From a virus (lineage: Duplodnaviria > Caudoviricetes), in the IMG/VR virus record IMGVR_UViG_3300005611_000133, positions 1 through 31,002 of that record: DNA of 31,002 nt; one strand, 5' to 3'. Positions 1 through 7,957 of the stretch are shown here, one piece after another (the stretch's first letter is position 1; each line of letters begins with the position of its first letter). The notes beneath the pieces were generated by a model that saw nothing but the letters and a program-made list of their open reading frames with translations, made no database searches and was not told the DNA's origin. The translations under genes and the position numbers were made by a program.

Positions 1-452
1 ATCAATTCAGTTCTATATTTTCCCGTTTGACTTTTTAAAATAGATGACTCATCAAGCACAATGCCGGTGAAATAATCAATATCAAACTTGTCAATCATTT
101 CATAGTTTGTTATATAGATGCCTTTTTGCACACCATCCATATTGCGCTTATACTCGATCTCAACGCCGAACTTTTTAGCCTCTTTAACCGTTTGATGTGC
201 AACTGCTAATGGGGCTAAAATCAATACAGGCTCATCCGTGTGGCGATTAACGTGGTGCGCCCAGGTTGTCTGCATCGCTGTTTTGCCAAGGCCGGTATCT
301 GCAAATACCGCTGCCCTGCCTTTTGCCAGTGCCCATTTAATGATCGATTTTTGGAAGTCAAACAGCTTAGGATTTAAGTCATCCAATTCAATATCAAACC
401 CTGACACGACATCATCAAATGATTTTTTTTCTAAAAATTCATCATAGTCCAT
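1..452 (-). CDS. SNF2-like/superfamily II helicase, N-terminal part (runs off the left edge)
   Basis: Hand translation from ATG at 452 (not in ORF track): MDYDEFLEKK...LFDFQKSIIKWALAKGRAAVFADTGLGKT (motif I)...LILAPLAV (Ia)...ITNYE...IVLDESS (motif II); GGAG upstream. Confidence 0.85.
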   Translation of the reverse strand, partial: MDYDEFLEKKSFDDVVSGFDIELDDLNPKLFDFQKSIIKWALAKGRAAVFADTGLGKTAMQTTWAHHVNRHTDEPVLILAPLAVAHQTVKEAKKFGVEIEYKRNMDGVQKGIYITNYEMIDKFDIDYFTGIVLDESSILKSQTGKYRTEL

Positions 453-457
453 TTTTG

Positions 458-907
458 TTACTCCATTATTTTTTGTTTGTTTCGTTCGTTCGCTATGGAC
501 TGCATTTTCATTGTTATTAGTGCTGATTCTGATTTGTTTTTTTCAGTCTCAATAATCGGTTGATTTCTGCTTAACTTTAAAGCACGTTTTAATTTTTTAT
601 CGGCTGAGTTCATATAAGATTCTATATATTTTGCGTTCTCACTGGGTAATAAAATTTTGTAATCGCCTTTATATTGTGTAAATGCCTTGCCCTCCCCTAA
701 TAGTACGTTTCTCACATAATCCGTTACAGATAACATCTGCAAATCAACATCCCTGAATTGTTGATGCGTTCCAATCTCCGGATACTCAACACCTATGACG
801 TTTTGGATTTCCGATGCTGGGATTACAGAACCGTAATCCGTCAGTCCTTTTGATCTGAGATAGGATAATAATTCCTTTCCTATCTGTGTTGCTGTCTTTT
901 TTTCCAT
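458..907 (-). CDS. Hypothetical protein (149 aa) directly downstream of the pentamer array
   Basis: ORF with AAGGTG upstream, in line with neighbouring minus-strand genes; no family recognised. Confidence 0.75.
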   Translation of the reverse strand: MEKKTATQIGKELLSYLRSKGLTDYGSVIPASEIQNVIGVEYPEIGTHQQFRDVDLQMLSVTDYVRNVLLGEGKAFTQYKGDYKILLPSENAKYIESYMNSADKKLKRALKLSRNQPIIETEKNKSESALITMKMQSIANERNKQKIME

Positions 908-939
908 TTTTTTACACCTTTTAAAATTGTTTATAAAAG

Positions 940-1336
940 TCGTTTCTTTGCGCTGCTATACGGTGCTTTGCTTTGCTCTGCTTTGCAGTGCCTTGCTTTG
1001 CATTGCGTTGAAGTCTAAAAAACTTCGCTTAACCCACTATTACTAATGGGTTAAACGCTGTTCTTTGCTTTGCTTTGCTCTGCTCTGCTTTGCGGTGCGT
1101 TGCTATGCACTGAAGTTTAAAAAACTTCGCTTAACCAACTATTGCTAATTGGTTAAACGCTGTTCTTTGCGGTGCGGTGCTCTGCTTTGCAATGCTCTGC
1201 GATGCAATGCAATGCTCTGAAGTCTTAAAAAACTTCGCTTAACCCACTATTACTAATGGATTAAACGCTGTTCTTTGCTTTGCATTGCTCTGCCTTGCAG
1301 TGCTCTGCTTTGCATTGCTCTGCACTCTGAACTTAA
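940..1336 (-). ncRNA. Putative structured multi-unit guide-like RNA encoded by the array
   Basis: The linker folds on the minus strand as UUAACCCAUUA-GUAA-UAGUGGGUUAA. Copy 2 has a compensatory pair change and a GCAA loop; copy 3 has a C-G to U-G wobble. A second hairpin GAAGU...ACUUC follows. Transcription is inferred, not shown. Confidence 0.7.
949..1325 (-). repeat. Array of four (NN-GCA)n pentamer tracts separated by three conserved 57-58 bp linkers
   Basis: Plus-strand TGCNN tracts at 949-1008 (12 units, one TAC variant), 1066-1110 (9), 1168-1217 (10), 1276-1325 (10); near-identical linkers at 1009-1065, 1111-1167, 1218-1275. Confidence 0.97.
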
Positions 1337-1927
1337 TCAGTCAAAATCTACTAATGCCCTGCCGAAAGTAGGCCGGAAGTCACCAAACCCGCCATATTTA
1401 CAAGCACGCTCCAGCATTATTTTTAAATCCCTTTCGGTTGTTACACTTTCATCAAATTCAAGTGACGATTCAAAACTCCAGTCGTGGAAAATAGGGAAAT
1501 ATTTTGCCAATCGTACCTGCCCTTGAGGCAAAATCATTTTGTGTCTAAACTCGTTATTTTTAACAACATCAACTGGCGATTTAACCATTGATTTGTTTCT
1601 GTAATTTAATTTTATCTTTGGTTCACTCATGAACAAGCACCCGCGCATAGCTGACTTGCTTACTTTTGATACGCTAAAGCTAACTTTGTTAATTGCGGCT
1701 TGCACCCATGTTGATGGGATATATATTCCTAGTTCATCATCCCAGTAAATTTTTGATCTGATTTCTAGATCAGCCAGTTCGGCGTGATCTTCGTCAGTCT
1801 TAATCCTTTTTGAGGTAATTGGTTTTTTCAATTTAGTATATTTATTTAATGGATCAGCACATTGCGGGTTGTTTAATAATAAAGGTGCAAACCCCGTTAT
1901 TTTAAATTGCATTTCTGATATAGCCAT
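1337..1927 (-). CDS. Stand-alone RAMP-superfamily (Cas7-like) protein, 196 aa
   Basis: N-terminal strand FKITGFAPLLLNN, GIYIPSTWVQAAI (compare the RAMP YIPGSSxKG motif) and C-terminal glycine-rich loop GGFGDFRPTFG; AGGAG RBS. The CDS is secure; the fold call is by eye. Confidence 0.7.
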   Translation of the reverse strand: MAISEMQFKITGFAPLLLNNPQCADPLNKYTKLKKPITSKRIKTDEDHAELADLEIRSKIYWDDELGIYIPSTWVQAAINKVSFSVSKVSKSAMRGCLFMSEPKIKLNYRNKSMVKSPVDVVKNNEFRHKMILPQGQVRLAKYFPIFHDWSFESSLEFDESVTTERDLKIMLERACKYGGFGDFRPTFGRALVDFD

Positions 1928-1988
1928 TTTTTAACACTCCTTTTTGTTTAATAAAATAACCTTAGTATTAAGGTTAAGTTTTTTAATA

Positions 1989-2819
1989 CTATGCGGACTT
2001 AATAGTCCATACCTCAGTATCCTTTTTCCTGTAGTCATTCTCATCTATATTATACACATTAAAGGCAAGCTTATAATCAACCGATCCTTTCCGAGTTGAT
2101 TTCTTCAAAACAGCATTACCAATTACACCTGGCTCGCCTTTTAAATGATCTTTAAACTCATCCATTAATTGTTTTTTTTCTGCCGTCAAATCCTTTATTT
2201 GCTGCTCAATTTTAAAATAGCGATTGGTTTTCCTTTTCATCCCGTCGGTTTTTGTTTTTATGTGCATATCCCATATTTTTTTAAGTTTCGGCAGATTTTC
2301 GTCTAGCCAGTCACCATCGATATTGACAATCTCAAGTTTACCTTTGCCGTTCGCATACTGATAAAAATACACGCTATCAAACCCAGCGCAACACATTTCT
2401 ATCTGCATTTGTGCATAATAGTGCGGTTGTTCGGCTGCTGACTTAAACTGCGGGGCTTCTTCATCACGCAGACTCCACGGACATTTAATCTCACATAAGG
2501 CAGACGGGAACCCTTCATCCGTCATCATAAAACCATCAGGCGACGCACCTAGCCAATTGCTGTATTCATAAAATCCGCTTTCTCTAACTTGCATTCCAGT
2601 TTCAAGAGCAAGCATCTCTATTGCGTGCGGCTCCATTTCTGTGCCGTATCTAAAGATCACATCTCTTGTAAACGCGTCCGGCTCAGCAGGGTTTTTTAAT
2701 TCCCTGATTGCTTGCTGCTGTGTTTTGTATGGCGACAAGCCAAGCAGTGCACCGGCTACACTTCCCGTTATCCTGCCTTCTCTTTGTTTGTGCCATTCTG
2801 GCGTTCTTTGTTGTATCAT
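1989..2819 (-). CDS. YqaJ-like / lambda-exonuclease family recombination nuclease
   Basis: QRTPEWHKQREGRITGS, GTEME, LGASPDG, EIKCP, YYAQMQ motifs. Confidence 0.92.
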   Translation of the reverse strand: MIQQRTPEWHKQREGRITGSVAGALLGLSPYKTQQQAIRELKNPAEPDAFTRDVIFRYGTEMEPHAIEMLALETGMQVRESGFYEYSNWLGASPDGFMMTDEGFPSALCEIKCPWSLRDEEAPQFKSAAEQPHYYAQMQIEMCCAGFDSVYFYQYANGKGKLEIVNIDGDWLDENLPKLKKIWDMHIKTKTDGMKRKTNRYFKIEQQIKDLTAEKKQLMDEFKDHLKGEPGVIGNAVLKKSTRKGSVDYKLAFNVYNIDENDYRKKDTEVWTIKSA

Positions 2820-2866
2820 TTTAAATCCTTGCAGGGCATCGCGGCCCTGCGGTGTATTGGTAGCAA

Positions 2867-3388
2867 TTAAAAAGGAATATCCGAATCAATATCAACGGCG
2901 GCAGTTTCCTGCACTGGCTCTGACTTCGGTATTTCAATATTGGCCGCTGCTGCCTTTGCTTTAGCACTAACAGCACTTATCCAGTTGCCTGTTTTAACAC
3001 CTTCATATTTAGTGTTCATTTCCCACTTCATAACTTTAATACCCATCATGGCTTTAGATAGCCCTACAACTAGATCGGACTCACTCGGATCACGATCCTT
3101 CGGTAGTTTACCGCCGTTGTTGTGGTCAATGGCCGCAAGCATCCTGATTGCCCTTTCCTGCTTCATTGGATCAGTATCGAAGATCCTTACCTTTTGAAAA
3201 ACTACACGATTTTTATAATTCTCTGGCTTTAAAATCTGCCATTGGATATTTACATAACTATCGCCTTCATATTCTTTGATACCGACGTCTTTGATATAAG
3301 CGATGCAGTTGGTATTATCTGGTATCGGCTCGCCGCCTCCAGCTTCAAAATTTCCATCTGTATTGCCTGCTTTATCCCAAATACTCAT
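2867..3388 (-). CDS. Phage single-stranded DNA-binding protein (DUF669-like)
   Basis: Acidic C-terminus DIDSDIPF; position between Sak4-like ATPase and exonuclease. Confidence 0.8.
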   Translation of the reverse strand: MSIWDKAGNTDGNFEAGGGEPIPDNTNCIAYIKDVGIKEYEGDSYVNIQWQILKPENYKNRVVFQKVRIFDTDPMKQERAIRMLAAIDHNNGGKLPKDRDPSESDLVVGLSKAMMGIKVMKWEMNTKYEGVKTGNWISAVSAKAKAAAANIEIPKSEPVQETAAVDIDSDIPF

Positions 3389-3390
3389 AA

Positions 3391-4143
3391 TTATTTTTCC
3401 TCTTTGATTAAATTAATAAATGGATTAACACCTTTTTCAACAATAATATCGTCTGTTATTCCGTAGCGGTTTTTACTTACATTGGCCGCAGTGGTGTAAC
3501 AAACAGCGACACGAGTGCCATCAGATATGGCTTTCTTTCTTTCGCCATCGCCGAATGTGTGCATTTCTAGTTTAATAAATGCAACCAGATCGCTATCATC
3601 AACATAAGGCGCTTGCGATTTCTTTCCTAATCTTAAATTATATCTTGTATAAGGATCGCTATCTGGCAGCTCTATTGTTTCAGTGTCGGCATGAGCCACG
3701 AATATGACGTTCATGTTTTTCTGCTCGTTCAGGATGCCGCACGCTTTACGCACGCGGTGGTGCATTGCACCAACGGCAGATAATCCAGCGCCATAACCAC
3801 CTAAAGCCTGGCTGATGCTGCGGGGGTTTTTGGGATCGTTGTCAACAATATGCTGTATAAAAAGCCGCTCAATAGCGGTGATTGAATCAATCACAAGTGT
3901 TTTGTAATTGTGATCCTCTTTGATGAGTGCGGTAAGTTGCTCCCATAAATCATCAGGCGATGATAACAATGGGAACGCATCAGGCATATTGCCTTCAATG
4001 GATTGAAGCCCATCTTCACCTCTGATTACGATTGCATCGGGAAAGGTACATGCTAGGCTTGTTTTGCCTATGCCACTATCGCCGCATATTGTGGCGATTA
4101 AGGCGCGTTTTTTTGGTTTTGATGCTGTGTCTAGTATAGACAT
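3391..4143 (-). CDS. Sak4-like AAA ATPase / single-strand annealing protein
   Basis: Walker A GDSGIGKT, Walker B TLVIDS, VAH and KNRY motifs; next to SSB. Confidence 0.88.
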   Translation of the reverse strand: MSILDTASKPKKRALIATICGDSGIGKTSLACTFPDAIVIRGEDGLQSIEGNMPDAFPLLSSPDDLWEQLTALIKEDHNYKTLVIDSITAIERLFIQHIVDNDPKNPRSISQALGGYGAGLSAVGAMHHRVRKACGILNEQKNMNVIFVAHADTETIELPDSDPYTRYNLRLGKKSQAPYVDDSDLVAFIKLEMHTFGDGERKKAISDGTRVAVCYTTAANVSKNRYGITDDIIVEKGVNPFINLIKEEK

Positions 4144-4172
4144 GTTGTTTTCTCCTTTTCTCTATTCAACGG

Positions 4173-4206
4173 TTGATATGTTATTATAAATAATGTTAGA
4201 ATGCAA
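4173..4206. promoter_or_regulatory. Candidate overlapping divergent sigma70-type promoters
   Basis: Plus: TTGATA(4173)-N18-TAGAAT with extended -10 TG. Minus: TTGCAT-N17-TAACAT. Lies between the divergent gene blocks. Confidence 0.45.
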
Positions 4207-4250
4207 GCGTTGATTTAATTTTTTTTTAATTTTTTTTAACGGAGTGTGAA

Positions 4251-4490
4251 ATGTCAAAAAAACAAGAATGGAAAATACAGCAAAAATTAGCATTGGATAT
4301 GCTGATTATGTACGCGGGTGATATACCCAGTCTAGGCAAACTACTGGAAACCGACTCAACCGCTATCATCCATAGCTGGCTGAAACGGGGCCGCATATCT
4401 GCAACTTATGCAATTATAGCGCATGAGAAGACAGGAGGAGTAATCACTAAACAACAACTTAGACCGGACGTACAAAAATGGATAAAATAA
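4251..4490 (+). CDS. Cro-like HTH DNA-binding protein
   Basis: 79 aa, first gene of the rightward block; IIHSWLKRGRIS and LRPDV are typical of Cro/YdaS-like proteins. Confidence 0.75.
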   Translation: MSKKQEWKIQQKLALDMLIMYAGDIPSLGKLLETDSTAIIHSWLKRGRISATYAIIAHEKTGGVITKQQLRPDVQKWIK

Positions 4491-6772
4491 TAAACCAAGC
4501 AAAAAACTTCCTATCTGCAGGATATAAAATATTTCCACTCCACCCATTTAAAGATGGTCAATGCCTATGCGGCGATCCCAGTTGCCCGGCAGCAGGTAAG
4601 CATCCCATTGTTAGCGCATGGAATAAGGTTCCGATCTGGTCAGATGAGCAAATGGAAGTCATGATCGAAGTTGGCGAGTTCAGTCACGGTTATGGCGTAC
4701 TCACTGAAAAGCTGCTAATCGTTGATATAGACGTGAGAAATGGCGGCGATGAAGCAGCTTTACCAGATGATTTACAATCGGGCTATGTGGTGGCCACTGG
4801 CTCAGGAGATGGCAGTACGCATCATTATTTTAAAATGCCGGAAAGCATCGCGACACATAAAACCCTGAAAGCATACCCAGGTATAGATTTTATAACATCA
4901 TCCAAATATTTTGTCGTGGGGCCATACTCAAAGCACAAATCAGGTGGTGAATATAGGGTTATATCGGGCAGTATAGGCGAGATCGAAGATGCGCCGGATT
5001 GGTTGATAGACCTGATTAAAAAGCCGGACAGGGTTAGGATTAAAGACGATATAACTGGATTTGTAGACATCTCCAGTGATGAAATTGATAGCTGTGTAAT
5101 GGCGATCCCAGATTATGACGATCGTGAGGTATGGTGCAGGGTGGGGATGGGCATCCATAATGCCCTTGGTGAAGACGGATTTAAAATCTGGTCAAAATGG
5201 TCAAAGCAGTCCGATAAGTTCAACATTGAAGATCAGTACAGGGTATGGGCTTCTTTTGGTGACGATCCAAACCCCATAACATTTGCCACTTTAAAACACA
5301 TGGCAATGCAGAACGGATGGATCGAGCCGGTTACTTTTGATATGGATGATACTGACGCAACAATCCCCATCCCAACGACGCAATCCACTAATGGATTACC
5401 GTTTAAAGTCAATGATCTGGATATGCTTAGGCCGCCTGGGTTTGTCGGGGAGGTAACTGACTTTATAAACTCACAGTGCATGTACCCGCGCGAACGTCTG
5501 GCGGTTGCATCGGCATTGTCGGCAGTGGGGGATATAGCCGGATTAAGAACGGTACTCGACGACAATATGACGCGCTCCAATACTATATTTTTCTGCGTAG
5601 CCGGATCAAGCACTGGGAAAGAAGCTGTATTGCAATCAAGGTTTGAGCTTTTACGGGCCGCTGGCATTTCACAGGTCCAGCACGGCAAGTGGAAATCAGA
5701 ACAGGAAATTATTAAAAACTTGCTACGCCACGATCAATCCAGTTATGTTGTTGATGAAATCGGAATACAAGTTGCCAAGATAACAAGCGCAATCAAAAGA
5801 GGCGGAGCCATCTACATGGAGGGGATTATAGGGGAGATCATGAGCATATTCTCAAAGTCTTTAGGGATTTATTCCATCTCAGGTGATTTAAAAGACGATG
5901 TGAAAGCAGACATTAACGCACAAATTAAGCGTGTAAACGCGCTCGCAAAAAACGGTGAAATAACTGACGATGAAGCAGTAAAGCAAATTGATCAATTAAA
6001 ACATGATAGAGAATCAATCAGCGGCGGAATCTTAAACCCTTTTTTATCCATTATCGGATTTACAACGCCGTCCACTTTTGAACACATGATCAGCTACGAT
6101 AATTTAACCAATGGCTTTTTAGCCAGGGCTTTTATTGTTGATGAAGTGGATACCAATCCCAGGCGAAAACACCGATTTAAACGTCCACCTATGCCGCTTG
6201 GATTAAAAAACACATTGATGAACTTGCACTCCCCCGGGAACTTTGATCAATGCTTAGATAGGAAAATAAAAGCGCCACACAAACTGACCACGATTGACAG
6301 CACAGACGAGGCTTTAACCTTTATTGAGGCTGTATATGAGTACCAGTACGAACAGGCGGAGAAAGAAAAAGAATCCACGGGATTTGAAGTGCTATGGCGA
6401 AGACTGGAGGAGATGGTAAACAGGATTAGTCTAATACTTGCCATTGGATCAGAACTTAGAACAGGCGATCATGTTAGGTGGGCGTTTGAATACTGCCGGC
6501 GCAACATCCAGCGTAAAATAGAGATGGCTACATCCAGTGGGGATAAAGAAATCAATGTTGGCAAGGCGGATCAGTTGCTGGGGCGCATATTATCAATGCT
6601 TGATGAAAACGGCGAAACGATTGGAACCATCGTTAATCGCTGCCGCAAGTTTAAAAAAGAAGATGTTTTAAAAGCTGTATCCATTTTGGAAAGTGATAGA
6701 AAGATTGCTTCTGAAATCACTCAACATAAATACAATAAAAAAGAGATAAAAAAATATAAGCGATTGTATTGA
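4478..6772 (+). CDS. Bifunctional primase-polymerase with PriCT-like domain and C-terminal helicase-like domain
   Basis: CLCGDPSC..GKHP, IVDIDVRNGG, TGSG..HHYF (Prim-Pol); DREVWCRVGMGI..WSKQSDKF (PriCT-2-like); AGSSTGKE P-loop, VVDEIG, GFLAR. Confidence 0.9.
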   Translation: MDKIINQAKNFLSAGYKIFPLHPFKDGQCLCGDPSCPAAGKHPIVSAWNKVPIWSDEQMEVMIEVGEFSHGYGVLTEKLLIVDIDVRNGGDEAALPDDLQSGYVVATGSGDGSTHHYFKMPESIATHKTLKAYPGIDFITSSKYFVVGPYSKHKSGGEYRVISGSIGEIEDAPDWLIDLIKKPDRVRIKDDITGFVDISSDEIDSCVMAIPDYDDREVWCRVGMGIHNALGEDGFKIWSKWSKQSDKFNIEDQYRVWASFGDDPNPITFATLKHMAMQNGWIEPVTFDMDDTDATIPIPTTQSTNGLPFKVNDLDMLRPPGFVGEVTDFINSQCMYPRERLAVASALSAVGDIAGLRTVLDDNMTRSNTIFFCVAGSSTGKEAVLQSRFELLRAAGISQVQHGKWKSEQEIIKNLLRHDQSSYVVDEIGIQVAKITSAIKRGGAIYMEGIIGEIMSIFSKSLGIYSISGDLKDDVKADINAQIKRVNALAKNGEITDDEAVKQIDQLKHDRESISGGILNPFLSIIGFTTPSTFEHMISYDNLTNGFLARAFIVDEVDTNPRRKHRFKRPPMPLGLKNTLMNLHSPGNFDQCLDRKIKAPHKLTTIDSTDEALTFIEAVYEYQYEQAEKEKESTGFEVLWRRLEEMVNRISLILAIGSELRTGDHVRWAFEYCRRNIQRKIEMATSSGDKEINVGKADQLLGRILSMLDENGETIGTIVNRCRKFKKEDVLKAVSILESDRKIASEITQHKYNKKEIKKYKRLY

Positions 6773-6812
6773 TAATTCCATTTTTTGGGAGTAGTATTGT
6801 TAATGTGTTGTT

Positions 6813-7167
6813 TTTTCTTGCGTTTCTACCGCAAGAAAAGTACTCAGTAACTGAGTACTAACAATAAGTAATTGAAAATTCAATAGATAGTACAAAGTTC
6901 CCAGTTAGACATAAAAAATCAAAAAACACAATATAATTGTGTCTAACTGTGTACTATATACTATATAATAGTTATTATATATATATTTATATATATATAA
7001 TAATGTAATAAAATCAAAAGCTTATAAAATAATCCTAAGAAATCACTTTAAAAAAAAGTACTCAGTTAAAGCTTAACTTAGTACTTTTTTAGCATTTTTA
7101 AAAATCCCTTTCGTTTCAATACCTTACCGATTGAAAGTACATCGTTTTTTCTTTGGGGATGTACTTT
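6813..7167. other. AT-rich non-coding region with clustered inverted repeats; probable replication origin
   Basis: Palindromes at 6813-6839, 6839-6859, 6902-6949, 6972-7003, 7052-7090, 7134-7167; recurrent GTAC cores; follows the primase/helicase gene. Confidence 0.6.
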
Positions 7168-7267
7168 TTTTCTTGTTTTTTTATAATAACAGTTTTTTAA
7201 TGTTACCTTGCTTGTTTATAATAATCTTGTATAATAACAACCAATTATTATTTAACTGGACAAGGCA

Positions 7268-7429
7268 ATGGCCACAAACAAAGAAAGACAGCAGGAATTC
7301 AGAGAACGACAAAAGGCACTGGGAAGAAGCCAAAAAATATTTTGGATGACGCATGACGAGTGGGAAAAAACAAAGAATTTTATTAAGTCTGTCTTAAGAT
7401 CGAATGAATCTAGCAAAGAATTACGCTAA
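7268..7429 (+). CDS. Small basic protein (53 aa, MATNKERQQEFRERQKALGR...), not in ORF track
   Basis: Hand translation; purine-rich RBS; overlaps the start of the next gene. Confidence 0.65.
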   Translation: MATNKERQQEFRERQKALGRSQKIFWMTHDEWEKTKNFIKSVLRSNESSKELR

Positions 7430-7592
7430 GACTTATTTCACAAAGATAAAGGCAGACATAAAAACCCACGGCAAAGAAAAGGCTATGGAAATGTGGCGGG
7501 AACATAAAAAAGAACTTGCCCAAGTGCACACTGCGGCATTTATGGAAAAGATAAAGGCCGAATTTGAGTTATTAAAAAAAGGACAATCATGA
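7404..7592 (+). CDS. Hypothetical protein (62 aa)
   Basis: ATGA overlap with the following gene. Confidence 0.65.
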   Translation: MNLAKNYAKTYFTKIKADIKTHGKEKAMEMWREHKKELAQVHTAAFMEKIKAEFELLKKGQS

Positions 7593-7957
7593 GCAGATTT
7601 GACGCATTAACACCACCTGAAAAACCCAGCTTTAACGAACTGGAATACCAGGTTAGACACTGGGCTGAAAATAAGGGCATTTTTGACAAATCAACCGCGT
7701 TAAAGCAGTTTGAAAAAACGTGCGAGGAAATGAGGGAACTGGAGGAAGAGTTATGGGCAATGAGTAAGGGTATAGGTGATATGTATGATTTGCTTAGTGA
7801 AACAGGCGACGTACTCGTAACGCTGATTAATATGCTCGCGCTGACAGACGATAAGTTCACATTAACCGACTGCCTTGAAATTGCGTATAACAAGATCAGC
7901 AAGCGCACGGGGGCAATGGTGGATGGTAAATTTGTTAAAGATGGCAAGCAGGCGTGA
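7589..7957 (+). CDS. MazG-like nucleotide pyrophosphohydrolase
   Basis: KTCEEMREL, ETGDVLVTL, CLEIAYNKISKRTG..DGKFVK. Confidence 0.85.
   Translation: MSRFDALTPPEKPSFNELEYQVRHWAENKGIFDKSTALKQFEKTCEEMRELEEELWAMSKGIGDMYDLLSETGDVLVTLINMLALTDDKFTLTDCLEIAYNKISKRTGAMVDGKFVKDGKQA

Noticed and set aside
949-1325. Canonical CRISPR array
   Set aside because: The conserved units are 57-58 bp with two hairpins, and the intervening tracts are 5-nt periodic rather than free-sequence spacers; no cas1/cas2 is in the window
949-1325. Simple microsatellite or assembly artefact
   Set aside because: The dinucleotide changes at most units while the triplet stays fixed, all four tracts differ, and the linker differences preserve base pairing
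1275-1526. 83-aa plus-strand ORF (MLCIALPCSALL...)
   Set aside because: It is a translation of the pentamer repeat and lies antisense to the RAMP-like gene
4144-4490. Lysogeny switch (cI/cro)
   Set aside because: Only a Cro-like gene is present; the divergent gene is the Sak4-like ATPase, and no repressor or integrase is in the window
7131-7349. 72-aa ORF in the AT-rich region
   Set aside because: Low-complexity product with a TTG start; the overlapping 7268-7429 frame is more credible
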